The notes under the pieces: generated by a model
The model's input: only the letters and a program-made list of their open reading frames with translations
Told to the model about the DNA's origin: nothing
Databases searched by the model: none
Made by a program: the position numbers and the translations under genes
Shown: positions 63,515-64,000 of the stretch, piece by piece
How positions within the stretch are numbered: position 1 is the stretch's first letter
Layout: each line of letters begins with the position of its first letter
Origin: an uncultured Acidimicrobiaceae bacterium
Lineage (GTDB): Bacteria; Actinomycetota; Acidimicrobiia; Acidimicrobiales; RAAP-2
DNA: 64,000 bases
Assembly (NCBI GenBank): GCA_963781565.1
Contig: CAWAHA010000029.1
Span: forward strand, 15,683-79,682
Direction: 5' to 3'

Positions 63515-64000
63515 ATGGATATGACTGGTCAAGAGACGCTGTCCGATCTGCCGGGCGCCTACGGCCGGGTCCGGGCGGGCACCGAACGCCTGGCCTCCGT
63601 GCTGAGCGCTGAGGACCAGACCGTCCAGACCATGCCGGACGTGAGCCCCACGAAGTGGCACCGGGCCCATGTGACCTGGTTCTTCGAGACCTTCATCCTC
63701 GGGGAGTACGCCGACGACTACAAGGCGTTCGACGACGCGTACGCCTACATCTTCAACTCGTACTACGAAGCTGTCGGCGCTCGCCATCCCCGAACCGAAC
63801 GCGGCTTTCTCTCACGTCCGGGCATCGACGAGATCGCCCGCTACCGAGCCTTCGTCGACGAGGCCATGGAGACCCTGCTCCGCCATCCCGATCAGCCCGG
63901 CCTCGCCGAATTGATCACCCTCGGGCTCCATCACGAGCAACAGCATCAGGAGCTCCTCCTGATGGACATCAAGCACGTGCTGTCCCAGAACCCGCTGCAC
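63515..64000 (+). CDS. egtB: Ergothioneine biosynthesis sulfoxide synthase EgtB, N-terminal DinB_2 domain (3' end outside the window)
   Basis: This ORF is not in the supplied track because it is open at the window edge. I translated it by hand: MDMTGQ...TKWHRAHVTWFFETFIL...NSYYEAVGARHPRTERGFLSRP...GLHHEQQHQELLLMDIKHVL. Confidence 0.8.
   Translation, partial: MDMTGQETLSDLPGAYGRVRAGTERLASVLSAEDQTVQTMPDVSPTKWHRAHVTWFFETFILGEYADDYKAFDDAYAYIFNSYYEAVGARHPRTERGFLSRPGIDEIARYRAFVDEAMETLLRHPDQPGLAELITLGLHHEQQHQELLLMDIKHVLSQNPLH

Overview
This is a high-GC chromosome segment: spot counts of 60-nt lines give about 70-77% GC. Gene order is actinobacterial and resembles the Streptomyces / Acidimicrobiia dcw-divIVA-lspA-rluD-dnaE neighbourhood.

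Content from left to right:
- An HNH endonuclease 3' end.
- A menaquinone block (menD, menH, menA, menB, menE).
- An ECF41 sigma/CMD operon with its signature promoter.
- A ~5 kb lower-GC islet (8.2-13.2 kb) made of gene fragments plus a polytopic membrane protein.
- An SDR, a YyaL-like thioredoxin-domain protein and two uncharacterised proteins.
- dnaE, the proteasome activator bpa, an Rrf2 regulator and a sigma-70 factor.
- rluD-like, lspA, a lysine/alanine-repeat DksA/TraR protein, then divIVA-yggT-sepF-ylmE.
- A long dcw cluster: ftsZ-ftsQ-murB-murC-murG-ftsW-mraY-murE-ftsI-ftsL-rsmH-mraZ.
- Housekeeping and accessory genes: LplA-like, HNH, ROK, DUF3040, acyl-CoA synthetase, LMW-PTP, CapA, DUF2254, GH4 with a BadF-type kinase, MFS with MarR, NMO, SDR, PadR with an ABC-2 exporter, and the egtB 5' end.

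Major caveat: about 50 single-base frame breaks interrupt clearly conserved core genes, including dnaE, ftsZ, murE and menB. I read these as sequence errors, not biology. Many CDS coordinates are therefore composites of two or more listed ORFs, and frame-break positions are approximate.

I found no rRNA, tRNA, CRISPR array, transposase, integrase or recognisable defence system.

Observations most worth follow-up:
1. murF and murD are absent from their canonical dcw slots; only ~140-150 nt stubs remain.
2. The low-GC islet is bracketed by two homologous SDR segments and contains a split TylF-type methyltransferase.
3. The mraZ upstream region is unusual: a ~100-nt polypurine tract, phased GTGG boxes and a 213-nt purine-rich mraZ-rsmH spacer.
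4. An MFS transporter reads directly into a MarR-like domain.
5. A K/A/P-repeat domain is fused to a DksA/TraR zinc finger.
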